Shown piece after piece: positions 1 to 8,653 of a stretch of 64,000 nt of DNA. Position 1 is the stretch's first letter, and every line of letters starts with the position of its first letter. This stretch comes from Nostoc sp. DedSLP01. Lineage in GTDB: Bacteria > Cyanobacteriota > Cyanobacteriia > Cyanobacteriales > Nostocaceae. The stretch spans positions 216,827 to 280,826 of the forward strand of contig JAVRCJ020000007.1 of the NCBI GenBank assembly GCA_034530875.2, given 5' to 3'. The position numbers and the translations under genes were made by a program. The notes under the pieces are model-generated. The model worked only from the letters and a program-made list of their open reading frames with translations, had not been told where the DNA came from and searched no databases.

Positions 1-578
1 TAGGACAGGATTTAACTAAACTATCGCGTCAAGAAATTCGTTCTTCACGGCGACAAATACAAATGGTTTTTCAAGATCCTCATGCTTGTCTGAATCCAGC
101 GATGACGGTAGGACAAAGCATAGCCGATCCTTTATTTATTCACAATCTTGCCGATGCTGCCAAGGCAAAAGAACAAGTTTTATGGATGTTGGAAAAAGTT
201 GGCTTAACACCGACACAAGTGTATTATGAACGCTATCCATCAGATTTATCTGGAGGACAACAGCAAAGAGTAGCGATCGCTCGTGCTTTGATTACTCACC
301 CAAAACTTTTGATTTGCGACGAACCGGTGAGTATGTTAGATGCTAGCGTGCAGTCACAAGTCCTCGATTTGATGTTGCAATTAAAAGAAGAATTTGAGTT
401 AACTTATCTGTTCATTACCCATGACCTTTGGTTAGCCAGATTTTTGTGCGATCGTATTGCCGTGATGAACGGCGGTAAAATTGTTGAACTCGGCGATACA
501 AAAAAGATTTTTGCCAATCCTCAACATCCGTATACCAAAACCTTACTAGCTGCTGCTCCCTTATTAGCACGCGCTTAA
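1..578 (+). CDS. Peptide/nickel-type ABC transporter ATP-binding protein, 3' part (5' end outside window)
   Basis: Q-loop VFQDP, signature LSGGQQQR, Walker B LICDEP, H-loop ITHD, C-terminal NPQHPYT motif. Confidence 0.9.
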   Translation, partial: GQDLTKLSRQEIRSSRRQIQMVFQDPHACLNPAMTVGQSIADPLFIHNLADAAKAKEQVLWMLEKVGLTPTQVYYERYPSDLSGGQQQRVAIARALITHPKLLICDEPVSMLDASVQSQVLDLMLQLKEEFELTYLFITHDLWLARFLCDRIAVMNGGKIVELGDTKKIFANPQHPYTKTLLAAAPLLARA

Positions 579-601
579 AAATTAGGATACCTCCTGTCTC
601 T

Positions 602-628
602 TGTACAGACGCGATTCATCGCGTCTCT
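602..628. repeat. REP-like palindromic small dispersed repeat (GTAGAGACG...CGTCTCTAC family)
   Basis: tgtacagacgcgattcatcgcgtctct hairpin; relative at 47720-47749. Confidence 0.7.
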
Positions 629-645
629 CCTCCTCCCTCTTTTAA

Positions 646-1551
646 CTATTTCCCCTCTGCAATTAATTTCATTACTTCTCCACTCGAACCATATAACTCA
701 ACAAATCTCTTAAATAACAATGCAGTTTCGTGAGTTGAAGCTCGATTTGAATTGAATAAACGCTCTATTTTTCTCTCAGCTAAAGTTCTTAAATATGGTA
801 AGTCTTCAAACAGCGTTAAACAAGCAGCAAAATGTAAAATTATTTGCAATAATGGCTTTGGCCATTCTAGGTCGCTATAAATATCTATAAAAAACTGGTG
901 TTCTGAGTCACTTAATGGGAAAACGTGAAAAATCACAATGATTCTTTTGTTATTGTAGACTGGGATACTCAGTTCAACTGTATAGGGGCTATGCAATATT
1001 AAATCAACTTCCACTATTGGTTGTCGCCAAATTCTCAGAGGATTAGCTGGCGAATCTAATATAGTTTGGAATTTGATTATCCCACCGATATTTGTATTTT
1101 GAAATTTGCTAACACTGAGAATTTTCAGGTTATTCAGGCTAAATTTATGAATTGTTTCCAAGTGCTTTAAGCTCAAAAGATGATAAATTTGGCATATATA
1201 AGGAAAAGGTAAAATATATTCTTGGCTAATCATGTGTAGCTTTTTTATCTTCAGCTTTTCCGCTTGAATCCGAGAGAGATATTCTTGATATTGACTTGGA
1301 GTAAAATCCTTGCTAGTAAAGCTTTCCTCTGGTTTGAGATATATCCAACTGAAAAAAAAGAAAGAAGCTGTAAATAGTTGAAATACTTCTACACTCGATA
1401 CATAGCCATCAGCAAATGCAGCTACACTTCTATCAGTTATGCCAAAAAGCCAAGAGTGAATGCCAAATATCCATATTAGATTTTTTATTTTATCTATAAA
1501 AATAGCACTTTCAACTTCTATAGATACGTTGCTAGGTCGAATCTCGCTCAT
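646..1551 (-). CDS. Hypothetical protein: N-terminal hydrophobic segments plus a C-terminal region resembling a Rieske-oxygenase catalytic domain
   Basis: Long ORF; ATG at 1551 preferred over 1596; HLLSLKHLETIH and TLFEDLPYL motifs. Confidence 0.55.
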   Translation of the reverse strand: MSEIRPSNVSIEVESAIFIDKIKNLIWIFGIHSWLFGITDRSVAAFADGYVSSVEVFQLFTASFFFFSWIYLKPEESFTSKDFTPSQYQEYLSRIQAEKLKIKKLHMISQEYILPFPYICQIYHLLSLKHLETIHKFSLNNLKILSVSKFQNTNIGGIIKFQTILDSPANPLRIWRQPIVEVDLILHSPYTVELSIPVYNNKRIIVIFHVFPLSDSEHQFFIDIYSDLEWPKPLLQIILHFAACLTLFEDLPYLRTLAERKIERLFNSNRASTHETALLFKRFVELYGSSGEVMKLIAEGK

Positions 1552-2298
1552 AAAATCATCATTTTTATCAAATAAATTATTAACATAACAACTCAACTTT
1601 TTAAGCTTAAAAAGTCTAATATTTGTTATGAAACTTATAGTTACATTAATTTCATCCTAAACATAACTAATATGAACTACCCTCTATCTTTAGCTGGAGA
1701 TGCAAGTTATATTTATGAGAATTGAGAAAATCAAACTTTCCATAACTGAGCTTAAAAATACAAAATTTTTATATGCATATTTCTGCTTGATGGAAAGCTT
1801 CAGAAATTATGTTGTGAGATATTGTAGTCTGTATCTTATGATGCATATATTGAAAATATTCATGTGTTATGATAGTAAAATCAAGCGTAAATAAAAAAAT
1901 AAGCTATCTAAATCTAACCAAATATATATACATTAAAATCGAGAAATTTATTCTTACTGACATTAGTGAAGTTAACAAGAAAGAATACATACGCTCATCT
2001 TTTCTTTTAAAGACGCTACGCAAACGATAAGGGTGCAAAACAATTAGTGGCTGATTTGAATCCTCAACTAATTGATATTTAATTTCCCAATTTCCCAATT
2101 CTGAGTTCTTCTTCAATATGTTTCTATGAATTAATACTCAATGAACTGCTTGTTAATTTAAAAATGAGTAAATTAGCGTTTCAGAGGATCTTTATTTCGT
2201 TAATATCTGTGAGAATTAGACTATAAGCCGTATAATTGCTACTGTTTAGGCTGTATTATTTTTGAATATTTGCTGACGATTTTCTCTGAGACTTAGCA

Positions 2299-2802
2299 AT
2301 GATTATTCGCCATGCGACTGAAACCGACTTAGCCACAATTGTGGCAATTTACAACGCTGCAATTCCCAGCCGTATGGCGACTGCTGATTTAGAACCAGTA
2401 TCTGTGGAAAGTCGGCTTGCTTGGTTCAGGGCGCGATCGCCTTTACAACGTCCACTCTGGGTAATTGAAGTAGAAGGAGTAACTGCTGGGTGGCTGAGTT
2501 TTCAATCCTTTTATGGGCGGCCTGCCTATAGTAATACAGCTGAGATTAGTATTTACATAGCGCCTGCCTTTCATCGGCGCGGTTTGGGAAAACAACTTTT
2601 AGCACAAGCAATCCACAAAAGTTGTAGTTTAGGTATCAAAACTTTAGTATCCTTGATTTTTGCCCACAATCAACCCAGTTTAAAATTATTTGAAAAATTT
2701 GGGTTTCAACAATGGGGATATTTGCCTAAAGTTGCAGAACTCGACGGTGTTGAACGAGACTTAATTATTATGGGATTCCGAATTAATCAACCTGTTGCCT
2801 AA
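2299..2802 (+). CDS. GNAT N-acetyltransferase (phosphinothricin/methionine-sulfoximine acetyltransferase-like)
   Basis: IYNAAI, RPAY..TAEISIY, HRRGLGKQLL, HNQPSLKLFEKFGF motifs. Confidence 0.9.
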   Translation: MIIRHATETDLATIVAIYNAAIPSRMATADLEPVSVESRLAWFRARSPLQRPLWVIEVEGVTAGWLSFQSFYGRPAYSNTAEISIYIAPAFHRRGLGKQLLAQAIHKSCSLGIKTLVSLIFAHNQPSLKLFEKFGFQQWGYLPKVAELDGVERDLIIMGFRINQPVA

Positions 2803-2843
2803 TTTCAATATTCTTGTATATGTACGACCAATCCAAAATATTA

Positions 2844-3056
2844 TTAGATGTACATAGAACGCGGTCTAGGATCGGGAATTGGACGGCCTAAATCCTTAGC
2901 CGTTTCTACCCACTCCTGCATCACGAGTTCTACATTATGTAAAGCTTCTTGATAAGTCTCACCATCAGCAGCACAGCCTGGTAATTCTGGTACTTCAGCA
3001 ATAAAAGCTTCATTTTCCCTACTCCAGTAGAGAATGATTTCATAGCGAAACGTCAT
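2844..3056 (-). CDS. hicB: HicB-family antitoxin
   Basis: FIAEVPELPGCAADGETYQEAL motif; overlaps upstream hicA. Confidence 0.9.
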   Translation of the reverse strand: MTFRYEIILYWSRENEAFIAEVPELPGCAADGETYQEALHNVELVMQEWVETAKDLGRPIPDPRPRSMYI

Positions 3057-3306
3057 TTTTATTTCCTAGCTGATACTTAAGAATTACTGCACGAACTTGT
3101 TTAACTTGATAGATTTTGGCTTTTCCTCTTTTGTGTTGTAAGTTTAATATTTCCTCAATACCATCTTTGACAAAAATCCGATGATCGCCACGAATCCGTT
3201 CTTTAAAACCCAGTCTGTATAAAAGTTGCCACAATTGCGCAAAAGGGATGTCTGTATCAGAAGTCCCAGAGAGGATTTTTTCTAAGATTTTGTCTTGCTG
3301 ACTCAC
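3040..3306 (-). CDS. hicA: HicA-family toxin (mRNA interferase)
   Basis: LGFKERIRGDHRIF, LNLQ, KAKIYQVKQVR motifs; paired with hicB. Confidence 0.85.
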   Translation of the reverse strand: MSQQDKILEKILSGTSDTDIPFAQLWQLLYRLGFKERIRGDHRIFVKDGIEEILNLQHKRGKAKIYQVKQVRAVILKYQLGNKNDVSL

Positions 3307-3417
3307 GTTTTTCTGACTGCCTGACTACTTCTATAGTCTCATATTTTTGGAAAAATTTGTTGATGCAAAGAAAAAGTGAGTTTTATTTGGATAATATGGG
3401 GTGATGTTTGCGAGGAG

Positions 3418-3660
3418 TTAAGCTATATACTTGGTATTTTGTAGAATTAAGCAAATATCAAGCATTATCTTCCAATTATAAAGTTGAGCAGTTAAATTGG
3501 CATTGCGGATACTGGTTAACCCTCCAACCAGAGGTATTACTACTATTGTGCCATCAGCATTACGTTCAAATCTGATTAATTCGTTTATTTGATATAGCTG
3601 AAAAAATTGCTCATCTGTTAGTTGAATAACAAGAGCAAAGTTAATTTTTAAGGCATCCAT
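3418..3660 (-). pseudogene. Truncated Uma2 (DUF820) endonuclease-family gene, N-terminal third only
   Basis: LTDEQFFQL..RFERNADG..GGLTSIRNANL aligns with the intact Uma2 at 8017-8592; similarity ends after QLYNW. Confidence 0.8.
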
Positions 3661-3804
3661 AAGATAATTTGTATAATAACAAAGTTTATATTTAGTAAAA
3701 TATTACTAGAAAAAATAAAAGCGAAGTTTTTAGCGATCGCTTTTAGATAAAATATCGCTATCTATATTTGACTTGGAATACACAAAAGTAGAAATGTAAA
3801 TTCT

Positions 3805-4026
3805 ATGTCTAATTATCAAGAAGTACTACTGCAAGCTCAAAGCCTAACTCCTGAAGAGCAAATACGCTTAATTGAAGACTTGTCAAGCTTAATTCGTCAA
3901 CAGGTAACGATGACACCTAAGCCAAAGCGTAGTATCCTCGAATTACGTGGGTTAGGTAAAAAAATCTGGAATGGCGTTGATGCTCAAGAATACGTTAATC
4001 GAGAACGTGATTCATGGAATGGCTAG
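3805..4026 (+). CDS. Putative VapB-type antitoxin
   Basis: 73 aa; SILELRGLGK..W...DAQEYVNRERDSW tail; overlaps downstream PIN gene. Confidence 0.75.
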   Translation: MSNYQEVLLQAQSLTPEEQIRLIEDLSSLIRQQVTMTPKPKRSILELRGLGKKIWNGVDAQEYVNRERDSWNG

Positions 4027-4457
4027 TTCAGCTACAGGGGCAAATTGTGGGTTTGGATACTGCTCCACTAATTTACTTTATTGAAGAAAATCCTAATTAT
4101 TTGAATGTTACAGATGCTTTTTTTGAAGCAATGTTTCGTAGCGAGTTTAGCGTTGTAACATCAGTTTTGACTATAACGGAAGTGTTAGTCTATCCCTTGC
4201 GACAAGGAAACACAGCATTAGCTCAAGAATATCGTGAAATTTTATTTAATTCGCAAGGTTTGACTACTATCGAACTTTTTCCTGACATTGCTGAAAATGC
4301 AGCACAATTAAGGGCAGATTATAACTTAAGAACCCCAGATGCTATTCAGATCGCTACCGCTATTCATGGAGGTGCATCATTTTTTTTGACAAACGATGTG
4401 CGGTTGCCATCTTTACCAGGGTTATCAGTGTTAGTTTTGGATAGACTGATAGTTTGA
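4014..4457 (+). CDS. vapC: PIN-domain (VapC) toxin
   Basis: LDTAPLIY, TITEVL, LRTPDAIQIATA, FLTND acidic PIN motifs. Confidence 0.9.
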   Translation: MEWLVQLQGQIVGLDTAPLIYFIEENPNYLNVTDAFFEAMFRSEFSVVTSVLTITEVLVYPLRQGNTALAQEYREILFNSQGLTTIELFPDIAENAAQLRADYNLRTPDAIQIATAIHGGASFFLTNDVRLPSLPGLSVLVLDRLIV

Positions 4458-4472
4458 GTCTTTTTGTATGCT

Positions 4473-4502
4473 GCGATCGCTTGTTATAAAAGAGTGAGTG
4501 CG
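4473..4502 (+). repeat. HIP1-anchored 30-bp direct repeat, copy 1
   Basis: gcgatcgcttgttataaaagagtgagtgcg; 28/30 identical to 5895-5924. Confidence 0.9.
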
Positions 4503-4531
4503 AAAGCTTTGCAGAAAACCTCACCAATAAA

Positions 4532-4566
4532 GCGTAGACACGTAGCGGCTTGTCGTTAGACATCGC
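4532..4566. repeat. HIP1 site split by a 27-nt small dispersed repeat (SDR5-like)
   Basis: GCG|tagacacgtagcggcttgtcgttagac|ATCGC. Confidence 0.75.
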
Positions 4567-4586
4567 CCCGCTATAATAATCATTTA

Positions 4587-4928
4587 TTAAGCTGTTGCAA
4601 ATTCTGTAAATTTTCTCACATCTGGAGGCTGAAAAGCTAACACAATCTCGCTGCTATTTACACCTAAGTTCATTAATTCAGTTGCTATTCCCTCTTCTGT
4701 CCAGTCTTCTTCTATAAAAATTTTTTCATTCTTAATCCGAATATGAACGTGAGTATATTTAAGTCTTTTGCTACCTTGCCAATCTACAGTTAACCAAAGA
4801 TAATGATCGTGATTTTCATCAAATACTAAACAATTTTCAGTAATTCGATCGGGTGATTGACGAGATAAATTATCATATTCAGTTAGCACCTGTTTAATTA
4901 ACTTTCGATATGTTGTTAATTTATCCAT
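4587..4928 (-). CDS. xisI: XisI-family protein
   Basis: [52 protein letters not shown]. Confidence 0.92.
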   Translation of the reverse strand: MDKLTTYRKLIKQVLTEYDNLSRQSPDRITENCLVFDENHDHYLWLTVDWQGSKRLKYTHVHIRIKNEKIFIEEDWTEEGIATELMNLGVNSSEIVLAFQPPDVRKFTEFATA

Positions 4929-5332
4929 AAAGTAATTTCCTCCCTTTCATTGTTAAAAACAATAAATTCAATTTGCTGAAGTTTTACCACGGCTTGAATA
5001 GATTTTCTTTGAAAGAAAGTATCAAATACTGTATCTCTGATTGCTAGATAAATGTTATAGTTTTTACTGGCTAGTCGTAAAATATCGCGGTATAAAATAT
5101 ATTGACCCAGAGCATTTTCAAAATCTCTCATAGGAGAAGGACTGAGAAAACTTTTGATTTCTACAACTATTTTCCGTCCTTATTGTTCTGCTAACAAGGC
5201 TTTTTCTACAAATAAATCAGCATAAAGCTCTGCATCTTCATACTGCAAAAAATAAGGGTCAGCTATAATTGTCCAGCCATCTTTAATTAAGGGATTTTTA
5301 ACAGCATCATGGTAAATGTCTTTTGCTGGCAT
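4916..5332 (-). pseudogene. xisH: XisH-family gene with in-frame stop (TAA at 5180-5182, codon 51)
   Basis: Reads MPAKDIYHDAVKNPLIKDGWTIIADPY...LAEQ*GRKIVVEIKSFLSPSPMRDFENALGQYILY in one frame. Confidence 0.88.
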
Positions 5333-5352
5333 TTTCTTTATTGTAGTCTTGG

Positions 5353-5808
5353 CTAGATATTAAATTGCCGCCCCTTAATTGACGCTTTGATTTCTTCCCA
5401 AGTCAGCACATTGTCTGGATTTGAATCGTAATCAGCAATTCGGCGATCGAGTTCTTGTTGCTGCAAATCAGTTTCCCGATTAATAAATTGCTCGAATAAT
5501 TCAAAAAAGGTATTTAATGCATCTTTCTCATCCGCAGAATGAAAAAGAATAATACTATCCCAGCTATGAGAAGAACTGATTTTAAATCGTCGCTGTATCC
5601 AATCTTGAAATTGATTAAATTCTAGCTCTTGTTGAGTTGGTGATAACCCTAAATCTTCCCTACAAGCCATATATCCATCTAAAAAAGCTCTCAATCTGGT
5701 AATTGAACATCGGCCTAAAAACATTCCTGGCTTTTGTTTAATTCTTTCGAGCATTTCATACAGATATTCATTTGTAATGATAGGAAGATGATGAGAATTG
5801 TTTTCCAT
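5353..5808 (-). CDS. Hypothetical protein with a C-terminal addiction-module antitoxin-like tail
   Basis: N-terminal IKQKPGMFLG..SITRLRAFLDGY domain; tail QQQELDRRIADYDSNPDNVLTWEEIKASI. Confidence 0.6.
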   Translation of the reverse strand: MENNSHHLPIITNEYLYEMLERIKQKPGMFLGRCSITRLRAFLDGYMACREDLGLSPTQQELEFNQFQDWIQRRFKISSSHSWDSIILFHSADEKDALNTFFELFEQFINRETDLQQQELDRRIADYDSNPDNVLTWEEIKASIKGRQFNI

Positions 5809-5894
5809 AGTTTTGAAGTATTAAAAACTTTCTTCTCTAACTTGGAATTGTTGTGCATTAAAAAGCGATCGCTAATTTTATGGTTGTACTGTAG

Positions 5895-5924
5895 GCGATC
5901 GCTTGCTATGAAAGAGTGAGTGCG
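5895..5924 (+). repeat. HIP1-anchored 30-bp direct repeat, copy 2
   Basis: gcgatcgcttgctatgaaagagtgagtgcg. Confidence 0.9.
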
Positions 5925-6026
5925 GTTACCTCTTAGGCTTACAAAATTGCGCTTCGTTGCATGTACAACCATATTTTGTATATATCTACCTTTTAAAATT
6001 AGTAAATATTTATGTAATTGCTATAT

Positions 6027-7247
6027 TTATCCACGATTCTTATTAGTTCTTTTCTCTTTATACTGAATACCCATAACTTTGTCTTCTTGCTTAATGAAAT
6101 AATCATGATTAAAAGAGTAAATTTCTAATCTATCTTCATAGATAACGTGAAGATGATTTTCATATCTAATTGAACGAGGGTAAACTCTCCAACGAACTAC
6201 AGGCTCATAAAAATTTATAATTTTTTGATCGCTACATAAAACAGTTAATGACTCATCATATTCTAAAATCACCCCAAAATAAGCAGTACCAGCACTAATT
6301 ACTCTACCTGGAATTGAATCGTTTAAAAAAGTTTCCACCAATGAAAAAGCATTTTTATTCTCATTAGAGACTTTTGACTGAGTATAGTTAACAACATCAA
6401 TACTATTAGAATTAGCCATATAGATTTTCTCTTGGCAACCCCAGCTAAAACCTGATTTTTGAAATACTTCTGTATCAGGAATGATTCTTCTAAAACCCCT
6501 ATTTTGGCTTTGAGTATTACTGTTTTTATTGTTATCCCAGCCAAAAGCTGCAAGAAAGCCTGAGGAAACATAAGAGGAAATATATAAACTTGCAAAAGCC
6601 CAATTTACTAAAGAAGAATGCCTATTGCTAACTCTGTAAACTTTGTTATCAACTTCTTCAAGACCAAGTGATTCAATTCCATAGTTATAGTTATTAAGAT
6701 GTAATTCAAAAGCACCTTCATCTCCTGCCGCCATACCTATAGTATTTTTTGATGCGCTAATTGATAAAAGCGGACAATCCCACAGTTTTTGAGAACGTGT
6801 ACTAACACCATATTTCGTGTGCTGGCGGTGAATAGCACTAGCAATTAAGCCAGAATCAGTAATCACAAACAAGGTGTTATTATAAATTTCTGTATCAGTA
6901 GGTAAATCATTAGCAATATTATCCTGCCTAGAATATTCAAAATTTTTTAATTTTTTATTTGAAATTAACAAATTTTTAGCGGATAATTTTTTAATTTTTT
7001 TTAAAAGTAGATTCTTAATTTCTGAATCATTTAATATCGGCTGGTTATTCAATTTGTATAAATAATCACCTTCTATAAAAGCACTTTTTACAAGAATATC
7101 ATCTATTTTATCCTTAAAAATTGAACTGATGATGTCATCCCAACGATATACACCTACAGAACCATCCATGTACCACAAGTAAAGCCGATTTCTATATATT
7201 TGACAATCCCAAAAGTCACCTTCAATTATGAGCTTTAAAGGTTGCAT
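6027..7247 (-). CDS. Hypothetical 406-aa beta-rich protein
   Basis: Long AT-rich ORF whose start overlaps the upstream 143-aa ORF by 13 nt. Confidence 0.75.
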   Translation of the reverse strand: MQPLKLIIEGDFWDCQIYRNRLYLWYMDGSVGVYRWDDIISSIFKDKIDDILVKSAFIEGDYLYKLNNQPILNDSEIKNLLLKKIKKLSAKNLLISNKKLKNFEYSRQDNIANDLPTDTEIYNNTLFVITDSGLIASAIHRQHTKYGVSTRSQKLWDCPLLSISASKNTIGMAAGDEGAFELHLNNYNYGIESLGLEEVDNKVYRVSNRHSSLVNWAFASLYISSYVSSGFLAAFGWDNNKNSNTQSQNRGFRRIIPDTEVFQKSGFSWGCQEKIYMANSNSIDVVNYTQSKVSNENKNAFSLVETFLNDSIPGRVISAGTAYFGVILEYDESLTVLCSDQKIINFYEPVVRWRVYPRSIRYENHLHVIYEDRLEIYSFNHDYFIKQEDKVMGIQYKEKRTNKNRG

Positions 7248-7666
7248 TGTTTACCACTCCGTATTTTTGTGATATGATGCTTGGCAATTATTCCGTCGTT
7301 TCTCCAAATTTGCAAAATTTTTGTAGAAGGTCTATCTTGTTGATTGTTCTGGTAATCAGCAGGATGACCATGCCACTCATTAGTTTGACTATCATCTCTA
7401 AATTTGGCTATTTTTAAAGGTTCTTGTAATGGCGATAAACCAACTTGTTCTAATTTACCTATTTGATTCTGCTTAATTCCCCAACCTGTTTTTTCCTCTA
7501 ACCAACCTTTTGAAAGAGCTAATTGAAAACAAGTAATTTCTTCATCTTGTGTAATAGTCCATATAGATTTGTTAGGATTTCCAGTTCTTCTATGAGAAGG
7601 ATTGATTTTATAGGATATTTCCTTATTGTTATTTGTTTTCAAAGAAGCATTACCATTAAAAGTCAT
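7235..7666 (-). CDS. Hypothetical 143-aa protein, possible small nuclease/toxin
   Basis: PSHR, KSIW, AKF and WHGHP motifs; operonic with 6027-7247. Confidence 0.7.
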   Translation of the reverse strand: MTFNGNASLKTNNNKEISYKINPSHRRTGNPNKSIWTITQDEEITCFQLALSKGWLEEKTGWGIKQNQIGKLEQVGLSPLQEPLKIAKFRDDSQTNEWHGHPADYQNNQQDRPSTKILQIWRNDGIIAKHHITKIRSGKQCNL

Positions 7667-7747
7667 TGAGAATTACACTCTATTAATTAAATGGTGTGCA
7701 TCAAACTACTATATAATTGCTTTTTATAACGTATAAGTTATTATAAA

Positions 7748-7987
7748 TTAAAAAAAAGAGCAAGCTAATGCTTTATGTCCTAAAGCTTTACCAAGACGTA
7801 TTGCTATATCTACTATAATTGCTCTTTGACGATTAATAATTTCCTGAATTGTTTGATTAGATACTCCTAAAATTTCTGCAATTTTTTCAGTATTAATATC
7901 TAATTCATCTAAAATATCTGCAATTATTTCACCAGGATGTATTGGTCTTACTAATCTATCATTACTCACGTCTTGCCAATTATTCAT
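7748..7987 (-). pseudogene. higA: HigA-family HTH antitoxin, C-terminally truncated, no adjacent higB
   Basis: RPIHPGEII...AEILGVSNQTI..IIN..RAI..DIAIRLGKALG; the usual WLNLQ segment is missing. Confidence 0.75.
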
Positions 7988-8016
7988 AATTAATAACTAA
8001 CTTCAGCTATAAAATA

Positions 8017-8592
8017 TTACCAAATCGCTTCTAGATTCAAAATAAACCCTTGTAAAACATCCTCTCCTGATAGCGTAGTAGGAGAATCCAGCACCTCAAC
8101 TTCTTGTCCTTGTCTATAAATTTCAACTTGCCGAGATTTGCGGTTAATTAACCAACCCAAACGCGCACCATTATCTCGGTATTCTCTCATCTTTTCTTGA
8201 GCAACTTTCAAACTATCACTTGGTGAAAGTAACTCAACTACAAAATCAGGACAAAGCGGGAGAAATTTTGTTTGTTGTTCTTGATTTAGTGTATTCCAGC
8301 GTTCCAGTTTTATCCAAGAAGCATCGGGAGAACGATCCGCACCATTAGGAAGTTTAAAACCACCTGAAGAATCAAAGGCTATACCAGTTCCATCTGCGTC
8401 TGACCAATTAAATAACTGTTGATTTAGCCTACCATTACGGTTACTGGTTTCTCCTCCAGTAGGTGACATAATAATTAATTCTCCCGTTGCAGTACGTTCA
8501 AATCTCAAGTCACGGTTTGCCTGACATAGATTAAAAAATTGTTCATCTGTCAGTTCCAATACTGATTTAAGGTTTACTTTTAAAGCATTCAT
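8017..8592 (-). CDS. Uma2 (DUF820) family endonuclease-like protein
   Basis: RSPDASWI, CPDFVVELLSPSD, KMREYRDNGARLGWLI. Confidence 0.93.
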   Translation of the reverse strand: MNALKVNLKSVLELTDEQFFNLCQANRDLRFERTATGELIIMSPTGGETSNRNGRLNQQLFNWSDADGTGIAFDSSGGFKLPNGADRSPDASWIKLERWNTLNQEQQTKFLPLCPDFVVELLSPSDSLKVAQEKMREYRDNGARLGWLINRKSRQVEIYRQGQEVEVLDSPTTLSGEDVLQGFILNLEAIW

Positions 8593-8625
8593 AGATGTAT
8601 TGGCTATTCCAGATTGAAAGATTAA

Positions 8626-8644
8626 GGCAGGCGTGTTGCCTGCC
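8626..8644 (-). terminator. GC-rich hairpin just after the chlH stop
   Basis: ggcaggc-gtgtt-gcctgcc; weak U tract. Confidence 0.5.
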
Positions 8645-8653
8645 CTATAATGA

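Noticed and set aside
1700..2116. 64-aa and 70-aa ORFs in the AT-rich intergenic region
   Set aside because: No motifs or convincing RBS; likely promoter DNA.
4587..5332. Heterocyst fdxN-type excision element
   Set aside because: No XisF/XisA recombinase and no interrupted nif/hup gene is present.
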